Below, in pieces: positions 8,150-18,074 of a DNA stretch of 64,000 nt. The notes under the pieces are model-generated. The model ran no database searches. It had not been told where the DNA came from and worked only from the letters and a program-made list of their open reading frames with translations. Each line of letters starts with the position of its first letter. Position 1 is the first letter of the stretch. The stretch is taken from NCBI GenBank assembly GCA_035506135.1, contig DATJPY010000022.1, forward strand, positions 40,110 through 104,109. Reading direction: 5' to 3'. This DNA is from Myxococcota bacterium (GTDB taxonomy: Bacteria > Myxococcota_A > UBA9160 > PR03). The position numbers and the translations under genes are program-made.

Positions 8150-9772
8150 TCAGGCGCCGTTCCGCTGGAGCAGCAGGACACCGGAGGGCGTACCACCTCC
8201 GGACGTGACGACGGCCGTGGTCGCTCCGGCGACCTGCCGCTCGCCGGCCTCGTGGCGTAGCTGCGCAACCGCCTCGTAGAGGAAGCCGAAGCCGTGCGTC
8301 CGGCCCTCCGAGAGCTGGCCTCCGTGCGGGTTCACGGGAACGTCGCCGCCCGGGGCGATCCGCCGGCCGCCGTCGATCCAGTCCTTCGCCTCGCCGAGCC
8401 CGCAGAAGCCGAGTGCCTCGAGCCACGAGATCGCGTTGAAGGTGAACCCGTCGTACACGAGGGCGACGTCGACGTCGTCGGGCCGCAGGCTGGTGCGGCT
8501 CCACAGATGCGCCGCCTGTCCGAGCACCTGTGGCTCGTGGGTGATCGTCCCCTGGTCCCAGGAGACCCTCTCGAGGATCTGGGTTCCCACGGCCTCGATG
8601 CGCACCGCGGGCTTGCGGAGGTCGCGCGCGACCGCCGCATCCGATACGACGACTGCGATCGACGCGTCGCAGGGTACGTCGCAGTCGTAGAGGCCGAACG
8701 GGCTGGTGATCGGACGAGCCGACAGATAGTCGTCCATCGTCATCGGCTCGCGGTAGATCGCAACCGGGTTCCGCGCCGCGTTCGCCCTCCCGTTGAGCGC
8801 GATGTAGCCGAGCAGCTCACGGGTCGCTCCGTAGCGGTGGAAATACTGGTTGGCGTTCATCCCGATCCAGTGCGCCGCCGACATGGCGCCGAACGGGATC
8901 CGCCACTGCATCCAGTCCGAGGTCCGCGCGCCGAAGGCGCCCCGCAGCCCGAGCTTGGCGAAGGTCGACTCCCAGACGGTGCGGAAGCAGAGCACGTGGC
9001 GGCAGAGCCCGCCCGCGACCGCGAGCATGGCCGCGACCACCGCTCCACCCGGCCCGGGCAGATCCCCGCCGCCGTTGATCCAGGTGGGGTGCAGGCGGAG
9101 CGCCTCCTCGACGGCCGTGGCGCCGCCCTCGCTCATCCCCATGCCGACCATTCCCGGGTAGGTCGACAGGCCGTCGATGTCGTCGAGCGCGAGGCCGGCG
9201 TCCTCGACCGCTCGCAGACACGCGTCGACCGTGAGCGAGAGCGGATCCACCAAGAGCCGCCGGCCCATCGCCGAGCGACCGATCCCGGACAGCACCGCCC
9301 GGTGCTCGAAGCGATCCGCGCGCAGCGGCGGTCGCGGCGCCGGGATCGACGGCTCGCCGACCGGATTGGGCTTCGTCGCGCCGGTCGGCTCGAAGAGCGG
9401 GAGCCACACGTCCTCGTGTGGCTCGAAGCGAACCGCGACCTCCTGGCCGATGTGCACCTCGGCGGGCTCGCAGCCGACGACGTTGGTGGTGAGCCGGACG
9501 TCGGCATCCTCCTCGAGGGCGACGACGGCGACGACGTACGGCGGATCGAAGCCCGGGAGCCACGGATGCGCGTTGACCGTGTAGCCCACGACGACGGCGC
9601 GCCCGGAGACCGGCGTGGGCTCCCAGCGCCGGCTGCGGCAGCGCGGGCAGATCGGCACGGGCGGATGCACGAGGGTGGCGCAGTCCGCGCAGCCCTGGAT
9701 GCGCAGCGTCCCGTCGGCGCCCGACGCCCAGAACCAGTGGTTCGCCGGCGTGAGCTCGGGGAGAAGCCTCAT
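8150..9772 (-). CDS. fusion of a DUF35 OB-fold/zinc-ribbon domain with a thiolase-like (SCP-x/Ltp-type) domain, 540 aa
   Basis: N-terminus carries CADC..x13..CPRC zinc ribbon plus OB-fold (..VVGYTVNAHPW..). The remainder is thiolase-like (..NPHGGQLSEGRTHGFGF..). Confidence 0.8.
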   Translation of the reverse strand: MRLLPELTPANHWFWASGADGTLRIQGCADCATLVHPPVPICPRCRSRRWEPTPVSGRAVVVGYTVNAHPWLPGFDPPYVVAVVALEEDADVRLTTNVVGCEPAEVHIGQEVAVRFEPHEDVWLPLFEPTGATKPNPVGEPSIPAPRPPLRADRFEHRAVLSGIGRSAMGRRLLVDPLSLTVDACLRAVEDAGLALDDIDGLSTYPGMVGMGMSEGGATAVEEALRLHPTWINGGGDLPGPGGAVVAAMLAVAGGLCRHVLCFRTVWESTFAKLGLRGAFGARTSDWMQWRIPFGAMSAAHWIGMNANQYFHRYGATRELLGYIALNGRANAARNPVAIYREPMTMDDYLSARPITSPFGLYDCDVPCDASIAVVVSDAAVARDLRKPAVRIEAVGTQILERVSWDQGTITHEPQVLGQAAHLWSRTSLRPDDVDVALVYDGFTFNAISWLEALGFCGLGEAKDWIDGGRRIAPGGDVPVNPHGGQLSEGRTHGFGFLYEAVAQLRHEAGERQVAGATTAVVTSGGGTPSGVLLLQRNGA

Positions 9773-9795
9773 CCGCTGTCGCCTCCGATCCCCAT

Positions 9796-10557
9796 CTACT
9801 TGGGAGCGAAGTGCTGGCCGCCGTCGAGCCGGATCGTGCCGCCGTTCAGCATCGGCGTCTCGAAGATCGCCTGCGCCAGGCGCGCGTACTCCTCCGGCTT
9901 CCCCATGCGCTTGGGGAATGCGGCGTCCCGGGTCAGCGTCGCCGCCATCGCCTCCGGGATCCCGCGGGTCAGGCCGGTCTCGAACAGGCTCGGCGCGATC
10001 GCCATCACGCGGATGCCGAGGCTGCCGAGGTCGCGCGCCATCGTGAGGCTCATCGCGACGATGCCGCCCTTGGCCGCCGTGTAGGCCACCTGGCCGATCT
10101 GTCCCTCGAAGGCCGCGATCGACGCGGTGTTGAGGATGACCCCGCGCTCGCCGTTCTCGTCGGGCTCGTTGCGGCTCATTCGCGCCGCCGCCAGGCGCGC
10201 GATGTTGAAAGTGGAGATCAGGTTGAGGTCGACGACGCGCCGGAACGCGTCGAGCGGATGGGGACCGTCCTTGGTCAGCGTGCGCATCGCGATCCCGCCG
10301 CCCGCCGTATTGCAGACGAAGTGGAGCGCGCCCAGCTCGTCGCAGGCCGCCGACAGCGCGGCCTCGGTGCCGGCGAAGTCGGTGACGTCGCAGGGGTGGA
10401 AGCTGCCGCCGAGCTCCTTCGCGACCTCTGCGCCCCTGGATGCGGGGAGGTCGAGGATCGACACCCGTGCACCTTCTCGAACCAGCATCTCGGCGGTGGC
10501 CCGCGCCATGCCCGACGCTCCGCCGACGACGACGGCGGCTCTTCCAGCGATCTTCAT
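9796..10557 (-). CDS. short-chain dehydrogenase/reductase (3-hydroxyacyl-CoA dehydrogenase type-2-like), 253 aa
   Basis: VVGGASGMARA Rossmann motif, YTAAK catalytic motif. Confidence 0.85.
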   Translation of the reverse strand: MKIAGRAAVVVGGASGMARATAEMLVREGARVSILDLPASRGAEVAKELGGSFHPCDVTDFAGTEAALSAACDELGALHFVCNTAGGGIAMRTLTKDGPHPLDAFRRVVDLNLISTFNIARLAAARMSRNEPDENGERGVILNTASIAAFEGQIGQVAYTAAKGGIVAMSLTMARDLGSLGIRVMAIAPSLFETGLTRGIPEAMAATLTRDAAFPKRMGKPEEYARLAQAIFETPMLNGGTIRLDGGQHFAPK

Positions 10558-10570
10558 GGGATTCCTCTCC

Positions 10571-11326
10571 TCAGCTCTGTGCCTTGCGGGCGCGTGGAGT
10601 GACGACGACGGCCGGCAGGGAGGCCGTCGCGCCGGCTCGCAGGACGGCGTGGACCACGTCGACGAGATCGTCGGCGTCGATCAGGGACCCGCTCAAGAGG
10701 CCGCGCTGCATCCAGATGGGTCCCAGCTCGGCACCGAGCTTCGGATCCCATCCCGCCATGAAGCCGGTCTGCGACTCGCCGGTGCCGCCGCCACAGTCGC
10801 CCACGACCAGGCGCGTGAAGGCGACGTCCGTGTGCTCGGCGCGCCACGCCTCGACGAGCTTGTCGAGCGCCGCCTTGCTCACCGTGTAGGCGCCGAGCCC
10901 GGGCCACGGCGGCGTGAGCGAGGCGCTCACGGATGAGAGATACACGGCGCGGCCCGTGGTGGCGGAGAGATGCGGAATCGCCGCCGCCGTGATCATCGCC
11001 GCGCCGATCACGTTGGTGTCGAACGTGCGGCGCCACGTTTCGGTGTCGATGTCGACCAGGCGCGCCAGGGGTCCGATCGCCGGTGCGTACACGAGGGCGT
11101 CGATCCCGCCGAGCGCGCTGGCCGCCGCGCCGATCGCCGCGCGGCAGGAAGCCGCGTCCGTGACGTCGCACGCGATCGCGCGCGCGCCGTCCCCGGCCTC
11201 GCGGGCCGCGCGCTCGAGCCGCTCGAGCCGCCGTGCCAGGAGCGCCACGCGGGCGCCGCGCTGGGCGAGCCCGATCCCGATGCAGCGGCCGAGACCGCTC
11301 GATGCTCCGACGACGACCGTTCGCAC
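10571..11326 (-). CDS. short-chain dehydrogenase/reductase, 251 aa
   Basis: GTG at 11326 preceded by GAGG. VVGASSGLGR and YTVSK motifs. The longer listed ORF (to 11542) overlaps the P450 3' end. Confidence 0.75.
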   Translation of the reverse strand: MRTVVVGASSGLGRCIGIGLAQRGARVALLARRLERLERAAREAGDGARAIACDVTDAASCRAAIGAAASALGGIDALVYAPAIGPLARLVDIDTETWRRTFDTNVIGAAMITAAAIPHLSATTGRAVYLSSVSASLTPPWPGLGAYTVSKAALDKLVEAWRAEHTDVAFTRLVVGDCGGGTGESQTGFMAGWDPKLGAELGPIWMQRGLLSGSLIDADDLVDVVHAVLRAGATASLPAVVVTPRARKAQS

Positions 11327-11354
11327 GTTCTGCCTCGCTGACCGGTAGGGTCGT

Positions 11355-12575
11355 TCAGGCCGCCGGGGATGCTTCGAACAGCACCGGCAGCGATGTGGGG
11401 GACCGGAAGACCTGCCCGCGGATGTGCGGGTCCTTGCCCTCGGGATCGAGACGCAGATCGGGCAGGCGGTCGAGCAGGAGCTCGAGCGCGACCCGCATCT
11501 CGAGCCGGGCGAGGTGCATCCCGAGGCAGACGTGGGTCCCATGACCGAACCCGATGTGGGGCACCTGCGGCCGGAAGATGTCGAAGCGGTCCGGATCCGG
11601 GTACCGGCTCTCGTCCCGGTTGGCCGCCCCGAGCATCGGCATCACCGCGGAGCCCGCCGGGATCGAGACACCCGCGAGCTCCGTGTCCCGCGTGGCCACG
11701 CGCGTGATGATCAGCAGCGGCGCCTCCCACCGGACCGCCTCCTCGATCGCCTGCGGGATCAGGGATCGGTCGGAGCGGACGGCGTCGAGCTGGTCGGAGT
11801 TGGAGAGCAGCCCGAACAGGAGGTTCCCGGTCGAGCGGTACGTGGTCTCGACGCCGGCCGGGAGCAGCAGGCGCAGGAACGAGAAGATCTCCTCGTCCGA
11901 GAGGTGCTCCCCGTCGATCTCGGCGTGCGCGAGCGTGCTGATGAGATCGTCGCGCGGCTCCTGCCGGCGCGCCGCGAGGATCGGAGTGAAGTACTCCTTC
12001 AGGGCCGCGGACGCCGCGATGCCGCGCTCCCGGTTCACGGTGAAGCTGAGCAGCGAGATCGACCAGCGCTGGAACTGCGGGTAGTCGGCGCGCGGCAGGC
12101 CCAGGAGGCCGGCGATGATCTGTGTCGGGTACGGGAAGGTGAACTCGCGGACGAGCTCGGCGCGCCCGCGCCCGGCGAAGCGGTCGATCAGCTCGCTCCC
12201 CACCCGCTCGACCAGCTCGTCCTGCCGGCGCGCCAGCGTCTTCTGAGAGAAGGCCTTCGAGACCAGGGAGCGGTATCGGCGGTGGCCGGGCTCGTCCATC
12301 CCGAGCATGACGTGCTTGCCGAAGACGTCGCCGAAGACGGCGACGATGATCCCGGACGAGAACGTCTCGTGGTCGCGCAGCACCTGCGCGATCTGGTCGT
12401 AGCGGTACACCATGAAGACGGGCTTGGACGCCTCGTGCGGCATGCCCGACATGTCGAGGCGCTGCACGGGGTTCGAGCGCCGCATCTGGGCCAGGCCGGT
12501 GTACGGGTCCCGCACGTCGCCGGAGACGGCGTCGTCGAAGCTCCCGAACTCCTCGAGATCGTCGAACAGCTGCAT
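11355..12575 (-). CDS. cytochrome P450, 406 aa
   Basis: ATG at 12575 (MQLFDDLEEF..). AGVETT I-helix, EAVRWE (ExxR), haem-Cys loop FGHGTHVCLG. Confidence 0.9.
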   Translation of the reverse strand: MQLFDDLEEFGSFDDAVSGDVRDPYTGLAQMRRSNPVQRLDMSGMPHEASKPVFMVYRYDQIAQVLRDHETFSSGIIVAVFGDVFGKHVMLGMDEPGHRRYRSLVSKAFSQKTLARRQDELVERVGSELIDRFAGRGRAELVREFTFPYPTQIIAGLLGLPRADYPQFQRWSISLLSFTVNRERGIAASAALKEYFTPILAARRQEPRDDLISTLAHAEIDGEHLSDEEIFSFLRLLLPAGVETTYRSTGNLLFGLLSNSDQLDAVRSDRSLIPQAIEEAVRWEAPLLIITRVATRDTELAGVSIPAGSAVMPMLGAANRDESRYPDPDRFDIFRPQVPHIGFGHGTHVCLGMHLARLEMRVALELLLDRLPDLRLDPEGKDPHIRGQVFRSPTSLPVLFEASPAA

Positions 12576-12589
12576 CGCGTGCGTCCTCT

Positions 12590-14065
12590 TCAGCCGGCGG
12601 GATGCCCGACGGACTTGACCTCGGTGTACTGGTCGAATCCGGCGTAGCCGTTCTGGCGACCGACGCCGCTCGCCTTGTAGCCGCCGAACGGCACGTCGGC
12701 CCCGTACGGTGCCGTGGCGTTGACGCCGATGAAGCCCGCGCGCAGGCGGCGCGCAACGGCGAGGGCGCGATCGAGCGAGCCCGACATCACGTTGCCCGCT
12801 AGCCCGTAGACGCTGTCGTTGGCGATCCGGATCGCGTCCTCCTCGTTCTCGAACGGAATGACGGCGAGGACCGGACCGAAGATCTCCTCCTGCGCGATCG
12901 TCATGCGGTTGTCGACGTCGACGAACAGCGTCGGCCGGACCCAGAAGCCCTTGTCGCGCCCGGCCGGCGGATCGGTGCCACCGACGAGCAGCTTGGCGCC
13001 CTCGTCGATTCCCTTCTGGACGTAGCCGAGCACGCGCGCGCGCTGCCTGGCCGAGATCACCGGGCCGCACAGCGTGCCGGGCTCCTGCGGATCGCCGGGC
13101 TGGATGGATGCGTACATCGCCTTCAGGATCTGCACGCCCTCGTCGTAGCGCGACCGCGGGAGGAGCAGCCGCGTCGGAACGGCGCAGCCCTGACCCGCGT
13201 GCATGCAGGGTGCGACGCCGATCGCGCAGGATCGCGCCAGCTCGGCGTCCTCCAGCACGATGGTGGCCGACTTCCCGCCGAGCTCGAGGAACAGGCGCTT
13301 CATCGTCGCCGCGCCCTTCTCCATGATCCGCCTCCCGACGGCGGTCGAGCCGGTGAAGGAGATCATGTCGACCTTCGGCGAGAGCGTGAGCTCCTCCCCG
13401 ACGAGGTGGTCGGACGCGGTGACGACGTTGACCACGCCGGACGGGATGTCGGTGCGCTCGGCGACGAGGCGCCCGAGGCGCGTCGCGTTGAAGGGCGTGT
13501 CGGGGGCGGGCTTCAAGACCACCGTGTTCCCGGTGGCGAGCGCCTGGCCCAGCTTGTGGATCGTGACCTCGAAGGGAAAGTTCCACGGCACGATCGCGCC
13601 GACCACGCCCACCGGCTCGCGCCAGACCTTCCGGGTGGTGACCTGCCCGGTGAGCTCGACCATGGCGTCGCCGAGATTCGTCTCCCAGGGATACTCGTCG
13701 ATCAGCCGGGCGGGGTAGCGGAGCGCGCTCTTGAGCGGCGCGTCGAGCTGCGGCCCGTGCGTCACCATGCGGGGACAGCCGGCCTCGAGGATCAGCTCCT
13801 CGCGGAGCGCCTCCTTCTCCGCCTCGAGCGCCTCCTGGAGCTGCTCGAGGCAGCGCTTGCGGAGGCTGCGGTCGGTCGACCAGCCGGTCTCGTCGAAGGC
13901 GCGGCGCGCGGCGTCGATCGCGCGGTGCATGTCCGCCTTCGACGCGTCCGCGACCTCCCCCAGCACCTCCTCGGTGGCCGGGTTCAGGTTCGCGAAGGTG
14001 CCGGCCTCGCCGCCGACGAGCTTGCCGTCGATCAGCATCCGCGACTCGAAGCGGACGTCAGCCAT
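12590..14065 (-). CDS. NAD(P)-dependent aldehyde dehydrogenase, 491 aa
   Basis: ATG at 14065 with GGGAG upstream (a GTG alternative lies at 14074). FLELGGKSA and HAGQGCAVPTR catalytic Cys region. Confidence 0.9.
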   Translation of the reverse strand: MADVRFESRMLIDGKLVGGEAGTFANLNPATEEVLGEVADASKADMHRAIDAARRAFDETGWSTDRSLRKRCLEQLQEALEAEKEALREELILEAGCPRMVTHGPQLDAPLKSALRYPARLIDEYPWETNLGDAMVELTGQVTTRKVWREPVGVVGAIVPWNFPFEVTIHKLGQALATGNTVVLKPAPDTPFNATRLGRLVAERTDIPSGVVNVVTASDHLVGEELTLSPKVDMISFTGSTAVGRRIMEKGAATMKRLFLELGGKSATIVLEDAELARSCAIGVAPCMHAGQGCAVPTRLLLPRSRYDEGVQILKAMYASIQPGDPQEPGTLCGPVISARQRARVLGYVQKGIDEGAKLLVGGTDPPAGRDKGFWVRPTLFVDVDNRMTIAQEEIFGPVLAVIPFENEEDAIRIANDSVYGLAGNVMSGSLDRALAVARRLRAGFIGVNATAPYGADVPFGGYKASGVGRQNGYAGFDQYTEVKSVGHPAG

Positions 14066-14942
14066 GCGGATCACTCCCGAGTGCGCCGTGACGCGGGAGG
14101 CTCATCGCCCGCGCCACCAGGTGGTGAAGGAGACCGGCAGGCAGGACACGGCTGCCGGCCAGCAGCATGCGGGCGTCGACGCCCACCGCGTGTCGGGCGA
14201 ACGGAGCCCGCTCGTCGAGCGCCCGGGCGAGCGCCGGAGCGAAGCGCTCCGGCGGGTTCGCGAGCAGGCGGATCATCGAGCGGCCCGTGCGTTCGATCCC
14301 CGCGTAGTGCCCGGCGTAGGGTCCGTTCAGATCGCCGTGATGCGGGGTCTGCTCGGTGAGGATGTCCGTCTGGAAGGCTCCGGACACCAGGATCGTGACG
14401 CCCAGGCCGAAGGGCGCGACCTCCTCGGCCAGCGCCTCGGCCCATCGCTCGAGAGCCGCCTTCGAGGCCGAGTAGGCGCTGATCGACGGCATGCCGCGCA
14501 CGCCGCCCTGGCTCGAGATGACGACGATCCGCCCGCACCCGGCCGCCCGCATGGAGGGGAGCAGTGCCTTCGTGAGTCGCACCGGACCGAAGAGGTTCGT
14601 GCGAAAGATCCGCTCCCACACCTCGAACGGCATCTCCTCGACGCATCCCACCGCGGCGATCCCGGCATTGTGCACGAGCGCATCGGGCGCACCGACCGCG
14701 CCCTCGATCGCCTTCGCGGCCGCGGTGATCGACGTCGGATCGTCGAGGTCGAGTCGCACTCCGATCAGGCGTGGATCCCCGACGGCAGCACCGGTGCCCG
14801 CCCGCAGGCGTTCGAGTCCCACGTCGGGCGAGCGCATCGCTCCAACGACGCGCCATCCGCGCTCGTACAGGTGGACGGCGGATGCGAGGCCGAGTCCGCG
14901 CGACGCCCCGGTGATGACGACGCTTCTCGGCTCACGCGTCAT
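14058..14942 (-). CDS. short-chain dehydrogenase/reductase, 294 aa
   Basis: ATG at 14942 (MTREPRSVVITGASRGLG). YSASK motif. 11-nt overlap with the upstream gene. Confidence 0.8.
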   Translation of the reverse strand: MTREPRSVVITGASRGLGLASAVHLYERGWRVVGAMRSPDVGLERLRAGTGAAVGDPRLIGVRLDLDDPTSITAAAKAIEGAVGAPDALVHNAGIAAVGCVEEMPFEVWERIFRTNLFGPVRLTKALLPSMRAAGCGRIVVISSQGGVRGMPSISAYSASKAALERWAEALAEEVAPFGLGVTILVSGAFQTDILTEQTPHHGDLNGPYAGHYAGIERTGRSMIRLLANPPERFAPALARALDERAPFARHAVGVDARMLLAGSRVLPAGLLHHLVARAMSLPRHGALGSDPHG

Positions 14943-16041
14943 GGGGTCTGCAACGCGCATCCGGCTTCGCCGGGTTCTCGGTCGGACGCCCGTTCGGCTG
15001 CGCGGTCATCCAGCCGTTCCAGTGCCCACCGAAGTAGGGCCCGGGCTGCCCCTCGCTCTCGTAGAAGCCCTGCGGGTCGTAGACCTTGGCCTCGGGGAAC
15101 GGATACGGGCAGGCGACGGCGGTCGCGAGCCTCGCCGCGCGGATGGCGCCGAAGCCCGCGCCGTAGAAGAAGTACGCGACGTTCAGGATGCCGGCCATCA
15201 CCAGGAACGTGGCGAGTGCCGGGCGCGTGCGGAGCCAGGGCAGCCGCCTGGCCAGCTTCTCGGCCTGCGTGCGTCCGGTGTCGTCCCGATAGCAGAGGAC
15301 GCCGGCGGGAATCATCACGACGGTGACGAGCGCGGACTCCCAGATCAGCGGGAACTGGAAGGTGGTCCCCGCGAAGACCGAGCCCCACGGCATCACCTGC
15401 GAGTAGATGTAGAGCCCCGTGCGAACGAGGAAGATCTCCAGGGCCGCGTCGATGACGAATCCGGTGACGAGGATCAGCGCCGCGAGACTCAGGAGCGGCC
15501 GGCGCCACAGGAACGAGTCGGCGGACGCGCGCGCCCGGAGGCGGCGCAGGAGCCAGGTGCTCGCGAAGAACGGGGCGAGGAAGTAGAAGGTCGAGTACCC
15601 GACCACGATGAAAGGCTCGACCGTCGGCGAGAGCCGCACCAGCGGCCAGTCCTCGGGGAAGTGCCAGAGCTGCGGGTTATAGACCGCGTAGGGCGCCCAG
15701 TTCATGATCGGGTCCTGCCAGACGATCGCCGTCGACGCGAGGACCATGAGGACGTAGGGATGGCCGGGCTGCCTCCGCCACGCGCGCACGCACGCCACGA
15801 CGAGGATCGACATCATGATCACGGTCCCGACCTGATGGATGGTGAGCCAGTCGACCGGTGCCCGCAGGAACTCGACGGGACGCGGGACTCCCGTGACCTC
15901 CGGATTGGCGATGCGCGGCGAGACGGCGCCCATGCGCGCGTGATGGGCGACGAACCCGATGACCGCGACGGCGAGGACGATCCACGCCGCAGCCGCGAGC
16001 GACCGCTTCGGTGCCTCGGACGGGATCGTCTGTACGGTCAT
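14932..16041 (-). CDS. polytopic membrane protein, AveC (spirocyclase)-family-like, 369 aa (paralogue of 48208..49371)
   Basis: About 8 hydrophobic helices. It shares a ..WQDP(I/L)(M/L)N(W/Y).. block and overall architecture with the 387-aa protein at 48208..49371. The AveC family name is from memory (low certainty). The ORF itself is well supported by operon packing. Confidence 0.6.
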   Translation of the reverse strand: MTVQTIPSEAPKRSLAAAAWIVLAVAVIGFVAHHARMGAVSPRIANPEVTGVPRPVEFLRAPVDWLTIHQVGTVIMMSILVVACVRAWRRQPGHPYVLMVLASTAIVWQDPIMNWAPYAVYNPQLWHFPEDWPLVRLSPTVEPFIVVGYSTFYFLAPFFASTWLLRRLRARASADSFLWRRPLLSLAALILVTGFVIDAALEIFLVRTGLYIYSQVMPWGSVFAGTTFQFPLIWESALVTVVMIPAGVLCYRDDTGRTQAEKLARRLPWLRTRPALATFLVMAGILNVAYFFYGAGFGAIRAARLATAVACPYPFPEAKVYDPQGFYESEGQPGPYFGGHWNGWMTAQPNGRPTENPAKPDARCRPHDA

Positions 16042-16044
16042 CGG

Positions 16045-17160
16045 TCAGACCTCCCCGAAGCGAGCGACGCGATGCGTGTGGATACCGTCTGGATCGAGTC
16101 GCCGCGCCACGAGGTAGCCGGCGCCCATCCAGGCGCGGCGCGTCCACTTCCCGAACGACACGCGGGTTCCCGGCGCGCCCGTCGCCGCAGGGAGCATCTT
16201 CACCCGCTCGAGCGCCTCCTTCACGCCGCGCGGACAGAGCGGATGCGAATCGGCGAAGGCGCGGAGGAGCACCGTGGCGATGTCGCGGTTCACCACCGGC
16301 GCGCAGTACTGCGGGCGCCGCCCGTACGCGGCCTCGTACTGGTCGAGGAAGCCCTGGCCGACGGGATTGTCCTCGTCGTACTGGTCGATCCCGGTCCATC
16401 CGAGGAACGCCTTCCAGAGCACCGGATTGATCCATGCGTTCTCGAACGCGGTGCTCGTGTAGCGGGGCGGATCCCAGCCGAGCGCCTCCAGCACCGAGTT
16501 GACGTGCAGGATCCCGAAGCCGAAGCCGCAGTGGACGAGCGCGCTCGGCTTTGCCTCGCGCACCCGCTCGACCGCCGCGCGGACGTCCTGCGCCGTCTGC
16601 GCGATGCGCTCCTCGGCCACGATGCGGATGTCCGAGCCGCGACACGCGTGCTGGAAGCTCCGCAGGTAGGTCTCGCCGATCAGCGACTGCTCGATCAGGA
16701 CGCCGACCTGCTCGTGGCCGTCCTTCGCCAGGAGGTCGACCCAGAAGATCGGCTCCTCCGTCAGCGAGCCCATCGGAAACGCGAACGTCCACTCGCCCAG
16801 CCAGTCCTCGGAGCCGGTCACGCTGACCGCCGGAACGCGGAAGCGCTGCTCGATGGCCTCGCGCGTCGGGACCGCGTTGTCGGTGATGCTCGGGCCGAAG
16901 ACGACGAGGCAGCCCTCGTCGACCAGCTCGCCGTAGGCGTCGATCACGGCCTTGACGGTTCCCTTCGGGAGACCCTCGACCTCGCGGAACACGATCTCCA
17001 CGCGGCGGTCGATGATCTTCCGCTTCAAGCCCTCCTCGAACACGAGCTCGAACGAGCGGGTCAGGTCGGCCCTCATCTCCTGCGGGTAGAACGCGGGGAG
17101 CTTGAAGTCGAAGAGGTAGCCGAGCTTGATGGGCTGCGCGGCGCTCTCGTAGGACGTCAT
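16045..17160 (-). CDS. type-I periplasmic-binding-protein-like (LivK/ABC substrate-binding-like) protein without signal peptide, 371 aa
   Basis: PBP type-I fold pattern (..IKLGYLFDF.., ..VVFGPSITDN..). The N-terminus MTSYESAAQPIKLGY has no hydrophobic leader or lipobox. No ABC permease or ATPase genes are nearby. Confidence 0.7.
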   Translation of the reverse strand: MTSYESAAQPIKLGYLFDFKLPAFYPQEMRADLTRSFELVFEEGLKRKIIDRRVEIVFREVEGLPKGTVKAVIDAYGELVDEGCLVVFGPSITDNAVPTREAIEQRFRVPAVSVTGSEDWLGEWTFAFPMGSLTEEPIFWVDLLAKDGHEQVGVLIEQSLIGETYLRSFQHACRGSDIRIVAEERIAQTAQDVRAAVERVREAKPSALVHCGFGFGILHVNSVLEALGWDPPRYTSTAFENAWINPVLWKAFLGWTGIDQYDEDNPVGQGFLDQYEAAYGRRPQYCAPVVNRDIATVLLRAFADSHPLCPRGVKEALERVKMLPAATGAPGTRVSFGKWTRRAWMGAGYLVARRLDPDGIHTHRVARFGEV

Positions 17161-17185
17161 GTCACCTCTCCGTGTCGTCCGACCC

Positions 17186-18025
17186 TCAAGGCTTCCACTG
17201 CGTGCGGCCCATCAGCAGGTCGACGAGCGCCTTGCCGGCCGCCCAGGATCCCGTGGAGGACGACATCACGTGGCCTGCGTCGACGAGCAGGTTCACGCCG
17301 CTGATTCCGCTCGCCGCGTCGCCGTTGAGGAACAGCATGACGTCGCCCATCTGCTCGGCCGTCAGGTGCGGGAGGCCGGTGGCGTCTCGGTAGTCCTGCC
17401 CGAAGGAGAGCCACACGGCGGCGTTGGCCTGGGCGAGCGGGGTGACGGTGGGGCCCGGACAGATGGCGTTGATGCGCACACCCCTGGCGATGAACGGGTA
17501 CGCCTGGCGCGCGACGTAGGCGTTGATCGCCTGCTTGCTGAAGAGATAGTTGTTCGTGCCCTCGTGCGCATCGATCCAGGCGGCGGCCGACTCGTAGTCG
17601 GGTGTCGCCAGGAACTCGAGCAGGGTCGGCAGGTTCCCCTCCCACCCGAGGCCGGCGACCGAGGAGATGAAGCACACAGCGGAGCCGCGGCGCAGCGTAC
17701 CCTCGGCGAGCATCCGCTCGATCAGATGGCGATGCGCGATGAAGTTGACCCGCATCACTCCGGGCCCGTCGGCGATGCCGGCCGCGGAGAAGATCGCGTC
17801 GATGGGCCTGCCGACCTGGTCGATGGCGGCGTCCACGGCGGCGCGATCCTTCAGATCCACCTTGATCGCGTCGGCGACGGGATACTCGACCGCGGCGTGG
17901 TCCATGACGACGACCTCGGCGCCCAGCGCGGCCGCTCGCTTCGCGGCGGCGGCCCCCATGCCCGTGGCACCGCCCACCACGAGCGCGCGCTTGCCGTCGT
18001 ATCGGAAGAGGTCGGTTCCAGTCAT
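17186..18025 (-). CDS. short-chain dehydrogenase/reductase, 279 aa
   Basis: VVGGATGMG and YLFSK motifs. Confidence 0.8.
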   Translation of the reverse strand: MTGTDLFRYDGKRALVVGGATGMGAAAAKRAAALGAEVVVMDHAAVEYPVADAIKVDLKDRAAVDAAIDQVGRPIDAIFSAAGIADGPGVMRVNFIAHRHLIERMLAEGTLRRGSAVCFISSVAGLGWEGNLPTLLEFLATPDYESAAAWIDAHEGTNNYLFSKQAINAYVARQAYPFIARGVRINAICPGPTVTPLAQANAAVWLSFGQDYRDATGLPHLTAEQMGDVMLFLNGDAASGISGVNLLVDAGHVMSSSTGSWAAGKALVDLLMGRTQWKP

Positions 18026-18074
18026 CGGGTCGCTCCTTTGGCGGATCTGGCGATGGCACCCGCGCCGACGCAGG

